A stretch of 64,000 bases of DNA from a bacterium (GTDB lineage: Bacteria > Hydrothermota > UBA3072 > JAPDKE01), in contig JAPDKE010000012.1 of NCBI GenBank assembly GCA_029258725.1, forward strand, positions 17,314-81,313, in the 5' to 3' direction. This document shows positions 29,170 through 39,057 of the stretch, piece after piece (the stretch's first letter is position 1; every line of letters begins with the position of its first letter). The notes beneath the pieces are model-generated. The model searched no databases and was not told where the DNA came from. It worked only from the letters and a program-made list of their open reading frames with translations. The position numbers were made by a program, and so were the translations under genes.

Positions 29170-30438
29170 ATGCATAGGTTTGTTTTTTTCTCCATATTCT
29201 TTGGACTGATTTTCCTTAACTGTGAAAAGGGGCACCTCCTGACCATTGCTGTTGGTGGTGCACCGAACGAACTCGATTACTGGGAAAAACTCATCAGGGA
29301 GTTTGAAGAGAGAACAGGAATAAAGGTAAAGCTCATCCGCCAACCCACGGATACCGACCAGCGGAGACAGAGCCTTATCATCCCCTTAAAGGCAAAAAAG
29401 CCTGATCCTGATGTTTTCCTGATGGATATTGCCTGGCTGGGCGGATTCGCTGCATCTGGCTGGCTCCAGGCACTTGACGACTATGTTAAAAGAGATACGT
29501 TTGATTTGACAAAATTCTTTAAACCGGTGGTAACATCGGTGGATATCTATGAAGGCGCGCTTGTTGCCCTGCCTGTCTATATAGACTGCGGACTTCTGTA
29601 TTACCGGAAGGACCTGCTCGAAAAATACGGCTGCCCCGTGCCACGCACATGGGAGGAACTTCTCCAGGTGGCAACACTCATCCAGAAAAAGGAACGCACC
29701 AGGAATCCGCGGTTTTACGGATTTGTATGGCAGGGTGCTCAATACGAAGGGCTTGTATGCAATTTTTTGGAGTTCATAACATCAGCAGGTGGAGGACTCT
29801 TTGACAGTCTGGGAAATATAAACCTATGCTCCAAAACAAACATCCACGCCCTCACGTTCATGAAAGACCTTATCCATAAATACAAAATATCTCCACCGAA
29901 TACCTATACCGAGATGAAAGAAGAGGAGGTAAGGATATCCTTCCAGAACGGTGATGCACTCTTTGAGAGAAACTGGCCTTATGCCTGGAAACTCCATGAG
30001 AGCAATGATTCACCCGTTAAGGGAAAAATTGGAGTGACATTACTGCCCGCATTTAAAACAGGGAAAACCGCGTCAGCACTTGGTGGCTGGCATATCGGGA
30101 TATCGGCATATTCGGATAATAAAGAGCAGGCATGGCAACTTGTAAAATTCATCCTTTCCTATGAGTCCCAGAAACGACTTGCCATTGACCTGGGGTGGAA
30201 TCCGGGAAGAGAGGATGTCTACGAGGACCCTGAATTGAAACACAACCTCCCCCATATAAATGTGCTCAAAGAGTCTTTCAATCATGCCGTAGCAAGACCA
30301 AATGTTCCATATTATACCCGACTCTCCCAGATCCTTCAGATATATGTAAATGCGGCAATATCCGGGAGGATGGGACCAGAGGAAGCATTGAAAAAAGCAG
30401 AAGAAAAAATGCGCGAAATTATCCATACATATGAGTAG
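29170..30438 (+). CDS. ABC transporter extracellular solute-binding protein (family 1, sugar; MalE/trehalose-maltose-binding like)
   Basis: Signal peptide with Cys (IFLNCEKG), SBP family 1 architecture, followed by MalF/MalG/MalK-like genes. Confidence 0.8.
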   Translation: MHRFVFFSIFFGLIFLNCEKGHLLTIAVGGAPNELDYWEKLIREFEERTGIKVKLIRQPTDTDQRRQSLIIPLKAKKPDPDVFLMDIAWLGGFAASGWLQALDDYVKRDTFDLTKFFKPVVTSVDIYEGALVALPVYIDCGLLYYRKDLLEKYGCPVPRTWEELLQVATLIQKKERTRNPRFYGFVWQGAQYEGLVCNFLEFITSAGGGLFDSLGNINLCSKTNIHALTFMKDLIHKYKISPPNTYTEMKEEEVRISFQNGDALFERNWPYAWKLHESNDSPVKGKIGVTLLPAFKTGKTASALGGWHIGISAYSDNKEQAWQLVKFILSYESQKRLAIDLGWNPGREDVYEDPELKHNLPHINVLKESFNHAVARPNVPYYTRLSQILQIYVNAAISGRMGPEEALKKAEEKMREIIHTYE

Positions 30439-31294
30439 AGAATTCCGGACGGCATTACCCTTTCTCCTCCCCCTTGTATTCGTTGTTTCCGTGTTCATGC
30501 TGTTTCCTGTCATCGGCACATTCTGGATGAGCCTCTGGCAGGATGTCTCGTTTCTCCCGCGCAAATTCGTTGGGCTCTCCCACTATCTGAGGTTGTTCAG
30601 GGATACTGGATTCTGGCAGTCTGCGGCCTTCACTCTCCTTTTCACCTTTGTCTCCGTAGCGGTGGAGACCATGCTTGGATTGTTTATGGCATTGCTTGTC
30701 AACGAACAATTCAGGTTCAGAGGTCTCATGCGTGCAGTAATGCTACTCCCATGGGCAATCCCGAGCGTTATCGGTGCACGGATATGGCAGCTCATCTACA
30801 GGTATGACTATGGGCTTGCAAATTATGTGCTTCAAAAGATTTCAGGGAAGGTTGTGAACTGGCTTGGTAGCAGCACGGGTGCATTCCTTTCACTTATCAT
30901 AGCCGACGTCTGGCGGACAACCCCATTCGTTGCAATCATACTTCTTGCCGGACTGCAGGTCATCCCTGATGAGATTTACCGTCAGGCAAAGGTGGATGGG
31001 GCAACGCTTTTTCAGCGGTTTTTCAGGATAACCCTGCCGCTCTTAAAGCCCATTCTCATAGTAGCAGTTCTCTTCAGGACCATTGATGCGCTTCGGGTGT
31101 TTGACATTATCTATGTTATAACCGGAGGCGGACCAGGTGGTGCCACAACCTCGCTGTCGCTTTACGGATATAAATATTTTCTGCTTGGCGACTTCGGATA
31201 CGGCTCGGCTATTTCAATATCGCTCTTCCTCCTCGCGCTGTTTATAGCATTGCTTTACATAAAAACAGGTAGATTTAAAGAAGCGGTGCTGTGA
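30431..31294 (+). CDS. sugar ABC transporter permease (MalF/UgpA-like)
   Basis: 6 TM, EAA-like loop (IYRQAKVDGATLFQRFFRITLP). Confidence 0.85.
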   Translation: MSREFRTALPFLLPLVFVVSVFMLFPVIGTFWMSLWQDVSFLPRKFVGLSHYLRLFRDTGFWQSAAFTLLFTFVSVAVETMLGLFMALLVNEQFRFRGLMRAVMLLPWAIPSVIGARIWQLIYRYDYGLANYVLQKISGKVVNWLGSSTGAFLSLIIADVWRTTPFVAIILLAGLQVIPDEIYRQAKVDGATLFQRFFRITLPLLKPILIVAVLFRTIDALRVFDIIYVITGGGPGGATTSLSLYGYKYFLLGDFGYGSAISISLFLLALFIALLYIKTGRFKEAVL

Positions 31295-32115
31295 GAGAAG
31301 AGGCAATAAAAAGGTTCTTGCTGGTAACCGGTGTGATATGGTTGCTCATTTTCTCCCTCATCCCTTTCCTGTGGATGGTGATTATTTCCTTCAGCAGTTC
31401 CCCTGATTTCCTGGTAAGGGGTGAAGGTTCGTTCACGCTTAAGAACTATATAGATATCATAACAATAAAGACACTCCATTTCCCCGACTATTTAAAAAAC
31501 AGCGGGATTATCGCAGGACTTTCCGCATTATTCGCCACCATTATCGGGGCGTTCGCCGGTTATGCGGTCTCACGGTTTCGCTTCAGAGGACGGCTCCCAC
31601 TGATAATGTGTGTTCTGGGTCTATCAATGTTCCCGCAGATAAGCATGGTTGGGTATCTCTACAGAATGATGAGCATGCTTGGCTGGATAAACACCTATCC
31701 TGCTCTCATTCTGCCTTATACTGCATGGGGGCTCCCCTTGGCACTGTGGATGCTCCTCAGCTATTTTTCACAGATTCCTCAGGAGATAGACAGGGCAGCA
31801 CTGGTTGACGGAGCCAGCAGATTGCAGATATTGCGAAAGATAATCCTGCCACTCGCATTACCGGGCCTGGTCTCCACCTATCTTCTGCTCTTCATTTTCT
31901 CTTTTAATGAATTCCTTTTCGCACTCATGCTTACCACCGACCATCACGCCAGAACAGTCCCGGTGGGCATAGCACTTTTCCAGGGTTTGCATGGCGAACT
32001 CCCATGGGGTTATATAATGGCCGCCTCAACCATCTCCTCTCTCCCTGTCGTCCTGATTGTGCTTTTCTTCCAGAGATACATAATCCAGGGGCTCACAGGG
32101 GGTGCAGTGAAATGA
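31291..32115 (+). CDS. sugar ABC transporter permease (MalG/UgpE-like)
   Basis: 6 TM, EAA loop (EIDRAALVDGASRLQILRKIILP). Confidence 0.85.
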   Translation: MREEAIKRFLLVTGVIWLLIFSLIPFLWMVIISFSSSPDFLVRGEGSFTLKNYIDIITIKTLHFPDYLKNSGIIAGLSALFATIIGAFAGYAVSRFRFRGRLPLIMCVLGLSMFPQISMVGYLYRMMSMLGWINTYPALILPYTAWGLPLALWMLLSYFSQIPQEIDRAALVDGASRLQILRKIILPLALPGLVSTYLLLFIFSFNEFLFALMLTTDHHARTVPVGIALFQGLHGELPWGYIMAASTISSLPVVLIVLFFQRYIIQGLTGGAVK

Positions 32116-33215
32116 GGACCTGCAGTTTAAAAATAAGGAATTTAACCAAACGATTCCGCAGTATCTACCGGGAAGTTACCGCACTCAAAGACATCAATCT
32201 GGAGGTTGAAGAAGGGGAATTTTTCGTAATACTGGGTCCTTCGGGTTGTGGGAAATCAACATTTCTCAATATTCTTGCCGGACTTGAGAAACCGGATAAG
32301 GGAAAGGTGTGGTTTGGTAACAGACTTGTTGTTTCGGTAGAAGACGGTCTCTTTCTCAGCCCGCGCGAACGCAATGTTGCAATGGTTTTTCAATCCTACG
32401 CACTTTACCCGCATATGAACGTATTTGAGAATATCGCATTTCCATTAAGGGTGGCCGGGTTGCCAGGTGAGGAGATAGAGGTGCGTGTGAACAGGGTGGC
32501 AGGAATGCTTGATATAGCGGAGTTGCTTCATTCCAGACCCCGTGAACTCTCCGGCGGGCAACGCCAGCGGGTGGCTATTGCTCGTGCACTGGTTCGTAAC
32601 CCTTCAGTCTTTCTACTGGATGAACCTCTCTCCAACCTTGATGCACAGCTCAGACAGAAAATGCGTGCAGAACTCAAGGCGTTACAGCGCGAACTCAGGG
32701 TTACCACTCTTTATGTTACACACGACCAGGTGGAGGCAATGACGCTCGGTGACAGGATTGCGATATTAAAAGATGGTGAAGTGCAGCAGGTTGGTAACCC
32801 ATTGGAGATTTATCATAACCCATCAAACATCTTTGTTGCAGGATTTATCGGAACACCACCCATGAATCTCCTGAAAGCCAGAGCCATCATGGAACATGGT
32901 TCATGCTTCTTGAAGATTGGTGATATAAAGATAAAAATCAAGGCGGAGGTGGTGAAGGGCAAAGAGATAATAATGGGTATAAGGCCTGAAGATATTGAGG
33001 TGGTTAAAGAGCCTGTGACCGGCTCGTTTGAGGTTAGAATAACTCTTGTTGAGCACCTGGGGACGGAGAGCATTCTTCATACAAACATAGGAAAAAACAG
33101 GCTGCTTATAAAACTCAAGGAAGACGTGGATTACAGGGAAGGCGATAGGGTCAGAATTTTGATAAGACCGGAAAAAATACATCTTTTTGATGAAAATGGT
33201 AAATCTTTAAGGTGA
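32112..33215 (+). CDS. sugar ABC transporter ATP-binding protein (MalK/UgpC-like)
   Basis: Walker A GPSGCGKST, signature LSGGQRQRVAIARAL, Walker B FLLDEPLSNLD, C-terminal TOBE-like domain; start at ATGA overlap (MRTCSLKIRNLTKRF). Confidence 0.9.
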   Translation: MRTCSLKIRNLTKRFRSIYREVTALKDINLEVEEGEFFVILGPSGCGKSTFLNILAGLEKPDKGKVWFGNRLVVSVEDGLFLSPRERNVAMVFQSYALYPHMNVFENIAFPLRVAGLPGEEIEVRVNRVAGMLDIAELLHSRPRELSGGQRQRVAIARALVRNPSVFLLDEPLSNLDAQLRQKMRAELKALQRELRVTTLYVTHDQVEAMTLGDRIAILKDGEVQQVGNPLEIYHNPSNIFVAGFIGTPPMNLLKARAIMEHGSCFLKIGDIKIKIKAEVVKGKEIIMGIRPEDIEVVKEPVTGSFEVRITLVEHLGTESILHTNIGKNRLLIKLKEDVDYREGDRVRILIRPEKIHLFDENGKSLR

Positions 33216-33227
33216 ACCGTATTTACT

Positions 33228-34442
33228 TCAAGATTTGCAGATATCGCTTAAGATATCAAGATGGTCCAGGATAAGTCTTGTTATAAGGAATTTCTCTCTT
33301 ACCATCTCCCTGCCCCTTTCACCCATCTTCTTTGCGAGTTCAGGGTCCTGCAGAATTTTTATAATCTTTTCTGCGAATTTTTCGGTATCGTGGGGTTCCA
33401 CCAGGAATCCATTCACACCGTCTTTTATCTGAATAGGAATCCCCCCAACATTTGAACCCACGACTGGTTTCCCTTTCCATAATGCCTCGGTTACAGCAAG
33501 TCCAAACCCTTCCCTTATCGACTTCTGAATTATCACAGCAGAACTTCGCTGAAGGCTGTTCACAAGAATGTGATTTTCGGTGGTAATCAGTATAACATCC
33601 TCATTTTTTATTAAATCTCTGGCTTTCAGCATTACCTTATGGAAAATCCTGTGGGATTCAGGGTCATCTGTTGCCTGACTCCCGCACAAAACAAGTCTGC
33701 AATCCACCTCCTTTTTAACAATTTTAAATACATCTATGACTCCAAGTGGGTCCTTCCATTTATCAAATCTTGCTACCTGGGTTATGAGCGGTTTATCCGT
33801 TCTTATTCCAAATTTTTTCAGATATTTCAGGACAACACTCTCTGGAATTTCTTTATTTTTTGGACTGAGAGGATCAATGGCCGGATAAACAACCCTCTGT
33901 TCTACCGGGAGGTCTTTTATCCGGTACTTCTCACTGGATAAAATTACAAGGTCGTATCCTGATATATATTCCATCAGGAAATCCAGGACTTCGGGATCCG
34001 GGTTAGAGAGTTCCACATGGCAGCGCCATATCCAGGGTTGCTTTTTTTCGTAGAATTTTATTAAAGGCAATGGCTGGGGGTCATGAATGATAACCGCATC
34101 ATGGAGTATATGTGTGTATATGGAAAATATTTCGTTGGTTTCTTCGTATATTCGTTTTTTTATTTTTGTAAGGTTGATTTTATCACCCTGTAAAGCATGA
34201 TGGAATTTTTTGGTTATGGTGAAGAAGTCAGGGGTTCCATGGAGTATCCTCCAGCCCACTTTAATTCCTGCAGAATTCATGAGCGGGATAAGGCTATTCA
34301 GCATCTCTGCCACGCCACCACCTTGATAGGTGGAGTTGATGTGCAATATATGTCTCCCCCTGAGAGCTTCTGCCTTTCTGTATATCTCCTCAATAACCTC
34401 ATCTCCAACGATTCTCCGGTAATCTTCAAGAGATGGCTTCAT
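33228..34442 (-). CDS. treT: trehalose glycosyltransferring synthase (GT4)
   Basis: Strong recall-level similarity to Thermococcales TreT: HINSTYQGGGVAEMLNSLIPLM, TKKFHHALQG, WIWRCHVELSNPD, SIREGFGLAVTEALWKGKPVVG. Confidence 0.8.
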   Translation of the reverse strand: MKPSLEDYRRIVGDEVIEEIYRKAEALRGRHILHINSTYQGGGVAEMLNSLIPLMNSAGIKVGWRILHGTPDFFTITKKFHHALQGDKINLTKIKKRIYEETNEIFSIYTHILHDAVIIHDPQPLPLIKFYEKKQPWIWRCHVELSNPDPEVLDFLMEYISGYDLVILSSEKYRIKDLPVEQRVVYPAIDPLSPKNKEIPESVVLKYLKKFGIRTDKPLITQVARFDKWKDPLGVIDVFKIVKKEVDCRLVLCGSQATDDPESHRIFHKVMLKARDLIKNEDVILITTENHILVNSLQRSSAVIIQKSIREGFGLAVTEALWKGKPVVGSNVGGIPIQIKDGVNGFLVEPHDTEKFAEKIIKILQDPELAKKMGERGREMVREKFLITRLILDHLDILSDICKS

Positions 34443-36654
34443 CTTCTCCCCCTTTTTGACACATGCTTTTTAACAGCCCTCTTACCTTCTCCACAGATTC
34501 TATGTAAAATCTGGCACGCGTAAGACCCAAACCAACTTTAATGGAATACGCAGTATCAGGGAGGACTCCAAAAACATCCTCATCGGTCATATCATCCCCT
34601 ATTGCCAGTATAAAATCCCACTGTTTTTTTGAAATCCATTTCAATACGGCTCTCCCTTTGTTTATATTTGTGTTTTTGATTTCAATTACTTTGTTGCCCT
34701 CCATAATACCAATATTAAGATTGGCAGTAAGGTTCAGAAGAACATCCTTCAACTCCTTCACCCTGACATCTGCTAATTCCGCATCGCAATTCCGATAGTG
34801 CCAGACAAGAGAAAACTCCTTTTCTTCTATAAAAGAGCCCGGGGTCCTGTCCACATACAGCTCAAGGATCGGCAATATTTCCTTTTTCCAGGTATCTTCC
34901 AGGGGCTCTATTATTTCCCACTCCCCGCCCCTTTCCTTTATCCATGCACCATGTTCTGCAACCAACCCTATATTCAAATCCCCAAACCACCTGTCCAGGG
35001 TTTCTCTCTCCCTGCCACTTATGATTACAACCTCATTTTTCACCTGATGGGCTAAAGAGGATAAAAGCTCCATGAGTTCTTCAGAAGGCTTTGCCTTTTC
35101 TGGTTTTTCCATAAAATGAACAAGCGTCCCATCATAATCCAGGAAGATAAGGCGGGTGTTGCTCTTTGAGTAATCGTTTAAGAGCTGGGTTTTTATCTCA
35201 TCCGTAAGCCTCTTGGTCCGCAAATCCTGCTGAAGTTTTTTGATATGTATTAAGGTTTCAACAAAATCCATTGCCCATCGTTTTACATTGTATCTTTTCA
35301 ATCTTCTCTGCATCGCTTTATTCCGCTCTATCTGTTCCTCTTCCGTCATCAACAGTGCCTCCCTTAAGGCATCTGCAATTGTTTCTCTGTTGTTTGGATT
35401 GACTATAATAGCCTCCCCCATCTCTTCTGCAGCACCTGCCATTTCACTGAGGATAAGAACTCCTTTAGAATCAGATTTGGAGGCAATGAATTCCTTGGCA
35501 ATCAGATTCATTCCGTCTCTCTGTGGAGTCACCAGAGCAATATCAGCAATGTTGTAGAGGGCCGCAAGCCTATGAAATGGCAGAAAACGATAGATATAAC
35601 GTATTGGTGTCCATCCCAAAGTTCCGTGTTTTCCATTTATTTTGCCTATCAGTTCGTCCACCTCTTTTTTCAGCAATCTGTAATGCTCTACTTTTGTCCG
35701 CGAAGGGACTGCAACAATAATAAATATTACTTTCTCCTTAAATTCCGGATACTTCTCCAGGAACAGGTCGAAAGCCTCCAGTCGCTGAGGTATGCCCTTT
35801 GTGTAGTCAAGCCTGTCAATTGAAAGAACTATCCTGTAGTCTCCCAGGGTTTTGCAGACCTTATCAATCTCTTTTTTCACTTTGGGGTCTGATGCAGCGT
35901 TCGCAAATTTCTCGTAATCAATACCCATAGGAAAGGAATCCACTTTTATCACCCTGTTATCAATTGTTATCTCTCCATATGCATGTTCGTAGCCCAGGAT
36001 CCGCCGAACACTCTCAAGAAAATGTTTGACATAGCTGTAGGTGTGAAACCCGATGAGATCCGCTCCTGAAAGCCCTTCCAGAATTTCCCTTCGCCATGGA
36101 AGCACACGAAAGATTTCAAAGGATGGGAATGGAATGTGAAGGAAAAATCCTATCATGGCATCTGGCAATTTCTCCCTTATAAGTTTTGGAAGGAGCATCA
36201 GGTGATAATCATGTATCCAGATAATATCATCGGCATTCGCAATCTCAGAGAGTTTCTCGCAGAAAATCCCGTTCACCTGCTGGTAAGCATACCACAATTT
36301 TTTATCAAAGGTTGTGTATTGCAGAAAATAGTGGAAGAGCGGCCAGATTGTTTTATTGCAGAAGCCGTTGTAATATAAATCCACATCTTTTTGAGTCAGT
36401 AAGACAGGATGACAGGAAAATTCTCTGTTCAGCCTCGTTTCCATAATTTTTCTTTCATTCTCATTGAGCCTCTCAGAAAAAATCCCCGGCCATCCAATCC
36501 ATGTAACATTATTGTAAGACTTATAAAATGAACTGAGCCCGGTGGATAATCCACCAACACTGGGATTGAAACTCAATCCATTTTTCCTTTTTGTGACCGT
36601 AACCGGTAACCTATTAGAAACAATTATTATCCTTTTCATGAGATTCCACTCCAC
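34426..36654 (-). CDS. bifunctional trehalose-6-phosphate synthase/phosphatase (OtsA-OtsB fusion, GT20 + HAD)
   Basis: N-terminus IIVSNRLPV (GT20), C-terminal HAD motif FLDYDGTL and GDDMTDEDVF; 742 aa. Confidence 0.9.
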   Translation of the reverse strand: MEWNLMKRIIIVSNRLPVTVTKRKNGLSFNPSVGGLSTGLSSFYKSYNNVTWIGWPGIFSERLNENERKIMETRLNREFSCHPVLLTQKDVDLYYNGFCNKTIWPLFHYFLQYTTFDKKLWYAYQQVNGIFCEKLSEIANADDIIWIHDYHLMLLPKLIREKLPDAMIGFFLHIPFPSFEIFRVLPWRREILEGLSGADLIGFHTYSYVKHFLESVRRILGYEHAYGEITIDNRVIKVDSFPMGIDYEKFANAASDPKVKKEIDKVCKTLGDYRIVLSIDRLDYTKGIPQRLEAFDLFLEKYPEFKEKVIFIIVAVPSRTKVEHYRLLKKEVDELIGKINGKHGTLGWTPIRYIYRFLPFHRLAALYNIADIALVTPQRDGMNLIAKEFIASKSDSKGVLILSEMAGAAEEMGEAIIVNPNNRETIADALREALLMTEEEQIERNKAMQRRLKRYNVKRWAMDFVETLIHIKKLQQDLRTKRLTDEIKTQLLNDYSKSNTRLIFLDYDGTLVHFMEKPEKAKPSEELMELLSSLAHQVKNEVVIISGRERETLDRWFGDLNIGLVAEHGAWIKERGGEWEIIEPLEDTWKKEILPILELYVDRTPGSFIEEKEFSLVWHYRNCDAELADVRVKELKDVLLNLTANLNIGIMEGNKVIEIKNTNINKGRAVLKWISKKQWDFILAIGDDMTDEDVFGVLPDTAYSIKVGLGLTRARFYIESVEKVRGLLKSMCQKGGEDEAIS

Positions 36655-36737
36655 GTTATTTTACCCATAAGGGTAAATTGAAGATACAATAAATTCCTGA
36701 ACCTGTCAAGTTAGCAAAGGGGTAGGGGGCAAGAGGG

Positions 36738-37454
36738 TTATTTTCCCGCTGCAAGCCTCTCGGCTAAATACGGATGCAGTCCTGCATCAAGAATCTTCCG
36801 CTGGGCAATCTCAATGGGATAGGGAACCCTCCTTATCTCAATTCTATCCTCTCTCAAGATGCAGTAACATGCCCTGGGGTCCCCATCCCTTGGCTGTCCC
36901 ACGCTCCCAACATTGACAAGGTATCTCACATCTTCCATTATCTCCACCTCATCCTCAAAAATAACCCCATGTCTTTTTTCTCTTTCAATGAATATAACCG
37001 GATGATGGGAATGTCCGTGGAAACAGATTTTTTCACGGAAGAACATGAATTCCCTTATCGCATCTCCAAGCGTGAGAATGTAATCAAAGGAAGCAGGATT
37101 TGAGGGAACTGCATGGACAAGAAGGTTCTTCCCGATGTGCATGGTGAGCGGAAGTTTCCTCAAAAATTCCAGATTTTCGGGCTTTATAACCCTCATGGTC
37201 CACTCAATCGCCTCCTTTGCAACTGGATTGAAGTATTGAAGGGACATTTTCCCTGTCACTGCATAGTCGTGGTTCCCTGCAACACATGGAATATTCCTCT
37301 CCCTCACTATCTCAACACACTCATTGGGATCTGCCCCGTATCCCACCACATCCCCGGCGCAGTAAATCTCTTTTATCCCCTCTTTCTCAATATCCTCAAG
37401 AACTGCCTGAAATGCCTCAAGATTTCCGTGAATATCCGAGATTATTGCTATCAA
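36738..37454 (-). CDS. metallophosphoesterase (YfcE/MJ0936-like)
   Basis: SDIHGN, GDVVGYG, GNHD motifs. Confidence 0.8.
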   Translation of the reverse strand: MIAIISDIHGNLEAFQAVLEDIEKEGIKEIYCAGDVVGYGADPNECVEIVRERNIPCVAGNHDYAVTGKMSLQYFNPVAKEAIEWTMRVIKPENLEFLRKLPLTMHIGKNLLVHAVPSNPASFDYILTLGDAIREFMFFREKICFHGHSHHPVIFIEREKRHGVIFEDEVEIMEDVRYLVNVGSVGQPRDGDPRACYCILREDRIEIRRVPYPIEIAQRKILDAGLHPYLAERLAAGK

Positions 37455-37855
37455 AGCAACCCCTCAAGTTTTGCAATTCTGTCAAGGACCCCGTTTACAA
37501 ACCTGCTTGAATCATGGGTTGAGTATTGCTTTGAGAGTTCTATCGCCTCGTCTATGGTCACCTTCGGGGGTATCTCGGGAAAAAATAAAAATTCCGAAAC
37601 GGCAAGCCTGAGAATCGCCCGGTCCGTCTCCGCAAGCCTTTCAAAATCCCAGTTTTCAAGCACGTTTTTTATCTTCTCATCTATAAGCCTTATATTCTCA
37701 TATGCCTTTTTAACAAGAGAAAGTGCAAAATCAACAACATCCTGAGGCTCACCATGCACAAGTTCCAGGACTATCTTTTCCGGTTCCTCCTCCCTCAGGG
37801 CATATCCATAAAGTCCCTTGAATGCAAGTTCCCTCGCCCTTCTCCTACTTCCCAT
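37451..37855 (-). CDS. nusB: transcription antitermination factor NusB
   Basis: RRARELAFKGLYGYAL N-terminus; ribH-nusB adjacency. Confidence 0.85.
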   Translation of the reverse strand: MGSRRRARELAFKGLYGYALREEEPEKIVLELVHGEPQDVVDFALSLVKKAYENIRLIDEKIKNVLENWDFERLAETDRAILRLAVSEFLFFPEIPPKVTIDEAIELSKQYSTHDSSRFVNGVLDRIAKLEGLL

Positions 37856-38309
37856 CTATCTCCCGTGAGAGGTTCACGAGCTCCAGGAGGGAAAGGGCGG
37901 CGTCCCATCCCTTATTCCCTGCCTTCATTCCAGCCCTTGAAAGCGCCTGTTCCTCGGTGTCTGCGGTGATTATCCCGAAGGCTATGGGAGTATTCCCCTC
38001 AAGCGCAAGTTTCCCGAGCCCACGGGTAACCTCGGATGCAATGTACTCAAAGTGGGGAGTATCTCCCCTTATAACCGCACCAAGGGCAAGTATTCCATCG
38101 TGCCTGTTCATCACCTTCTTAACCACAAAGGGAATCTCAAAGGAACCAGGAGTCCAGTAAATCGTAACATCATTCACACCATGCCTTCTCAGGCAGTCAA
38201 GCGCTCCCTCAAGCAGATGGTGCGAAATATGGGAATTAAAACGGGATACAACTATCCCTATCCTTATCCCTTTCCCTGTGAGTTTTCCTTCAATCTCCTT
38301 TCTCTGCAT
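37845..38309 (-). CDS. ribH: 6,7-dimethyl-8-ribityllumazine synthase
   Basis: RIGIVVSRFN motif, 154 aa. Confidence 0.9.
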   Translation of the reverse strand: MQRKEIEGKLTGKGIRIGIVVSRFNSHISHHLLEGALDCLRRHGVNDVTIYWTPGSFEIPFVVKKVMNRHDGILALGAVIRGDTPHFEYIASEVTRGLGKLALEGNTPIAFGIITADTEEQALSRAGMKAGNKGWDAALSLLELVNLSREIDGK

Positions 38310-38338
38310 ATAACCTCCTTTTCAATCTTTTATAAAAA

Positions 38339-38413
38339 TCGGGGCGAGTGGATTTGAACCACCGACCTCCTGGTCCCGAACCAGGCGCGCTAACCAGGCT
38401 GCGCTACGCCCCG
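38339..38413 (-). tRNA. tRNA-Pro (anticodon CGG), no encoded CCA
   Basis: Manual cloverleaf: acceptor CGGGGCG, anticodon stem CCUGG/CCAGG, loop UUCGGGA, T-arm GGUUCAAAUCC. Confidence 0.85.
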
Positions 38414-39057
38414 TTTTCTTTCCAGCCCTCCTTCCCGATGAGGGGGACAAATGTGCAACCAAAGAGTTCTTCTTTTATCATTCTTCCATTTTCCTTCCTC
38501 ACCAGTGTGAGGGTCTGGTAACCCCATGCACCCACAGGTATCACCATTCTTCCCCCCTCATCGAGCTGCTCAAAAAGGGAAGGTGGAACCTCAGGAGCAC
38601 CCGCTGTAACAATTATTCCCTGGTAGGGTGCCTCCTTTTTCCACCCCAGGGTTCCATCCCCCACTATAAATATTATATTTGTGTATCCCAGCTCTGTCAA
38701 GCGTCTCTCTGCCTTTCTCAAAAGCGTTTCTATTCTCTCAACGGTAACAACAAGCGAGGCAAGTTCCGCGAGGATTGCAGTCTGGTATCCACTTCCCGTC
38801 CCTATCTCAAGAACCTTATCGGTTTCTTTTATCTCAAGAAGCTCTGTCATGACTGCAACCATGTATGGCTGGGAGATGGTCTGCCCCTCACCTATGGGGA
38901 GCGGGGTATCTGCATATGCCATGTCTTCAAACTCAGGAGGGACAAAAAGATGCCTGGGGACCCTGAGCATTGCCTGAAGCACACGCTCATCGCGCACACC
39001 CCTTGCCCTTATCTGCGTCTCCACCATCCTTTCCCTTTCGTACTTATAATCCCTCAA
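38404..39057 (-). CDS. pcm: protein-L-isoaspartate O-methyltransferase
   Basis: VLEIGTGSGYQTAILAEL SAM motif; surE-pcm pairing; last 3 codons overlap 5' end of tRNA-Pro. Confidence 0.85.
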   Translation of the reverse strand: MRDYKYERERMVETQIRARGVRDERVLQAMLRVPRHLFVPPEFEDMAYADTPLPIGEGQTISQPYMVAVMTELLEIKETDKVLEIGTGSGYQTAILAELASLVVTVERIETLLRKAERRLTELGYTNIIFIVGDGTLGWKKEAPYQGIIVTAGAPEVPPSLFEQLDEGGRMVIPVGAWGYQTLTLVRKENGRMIKEELFGCTFVPLIGKEGWKENGA

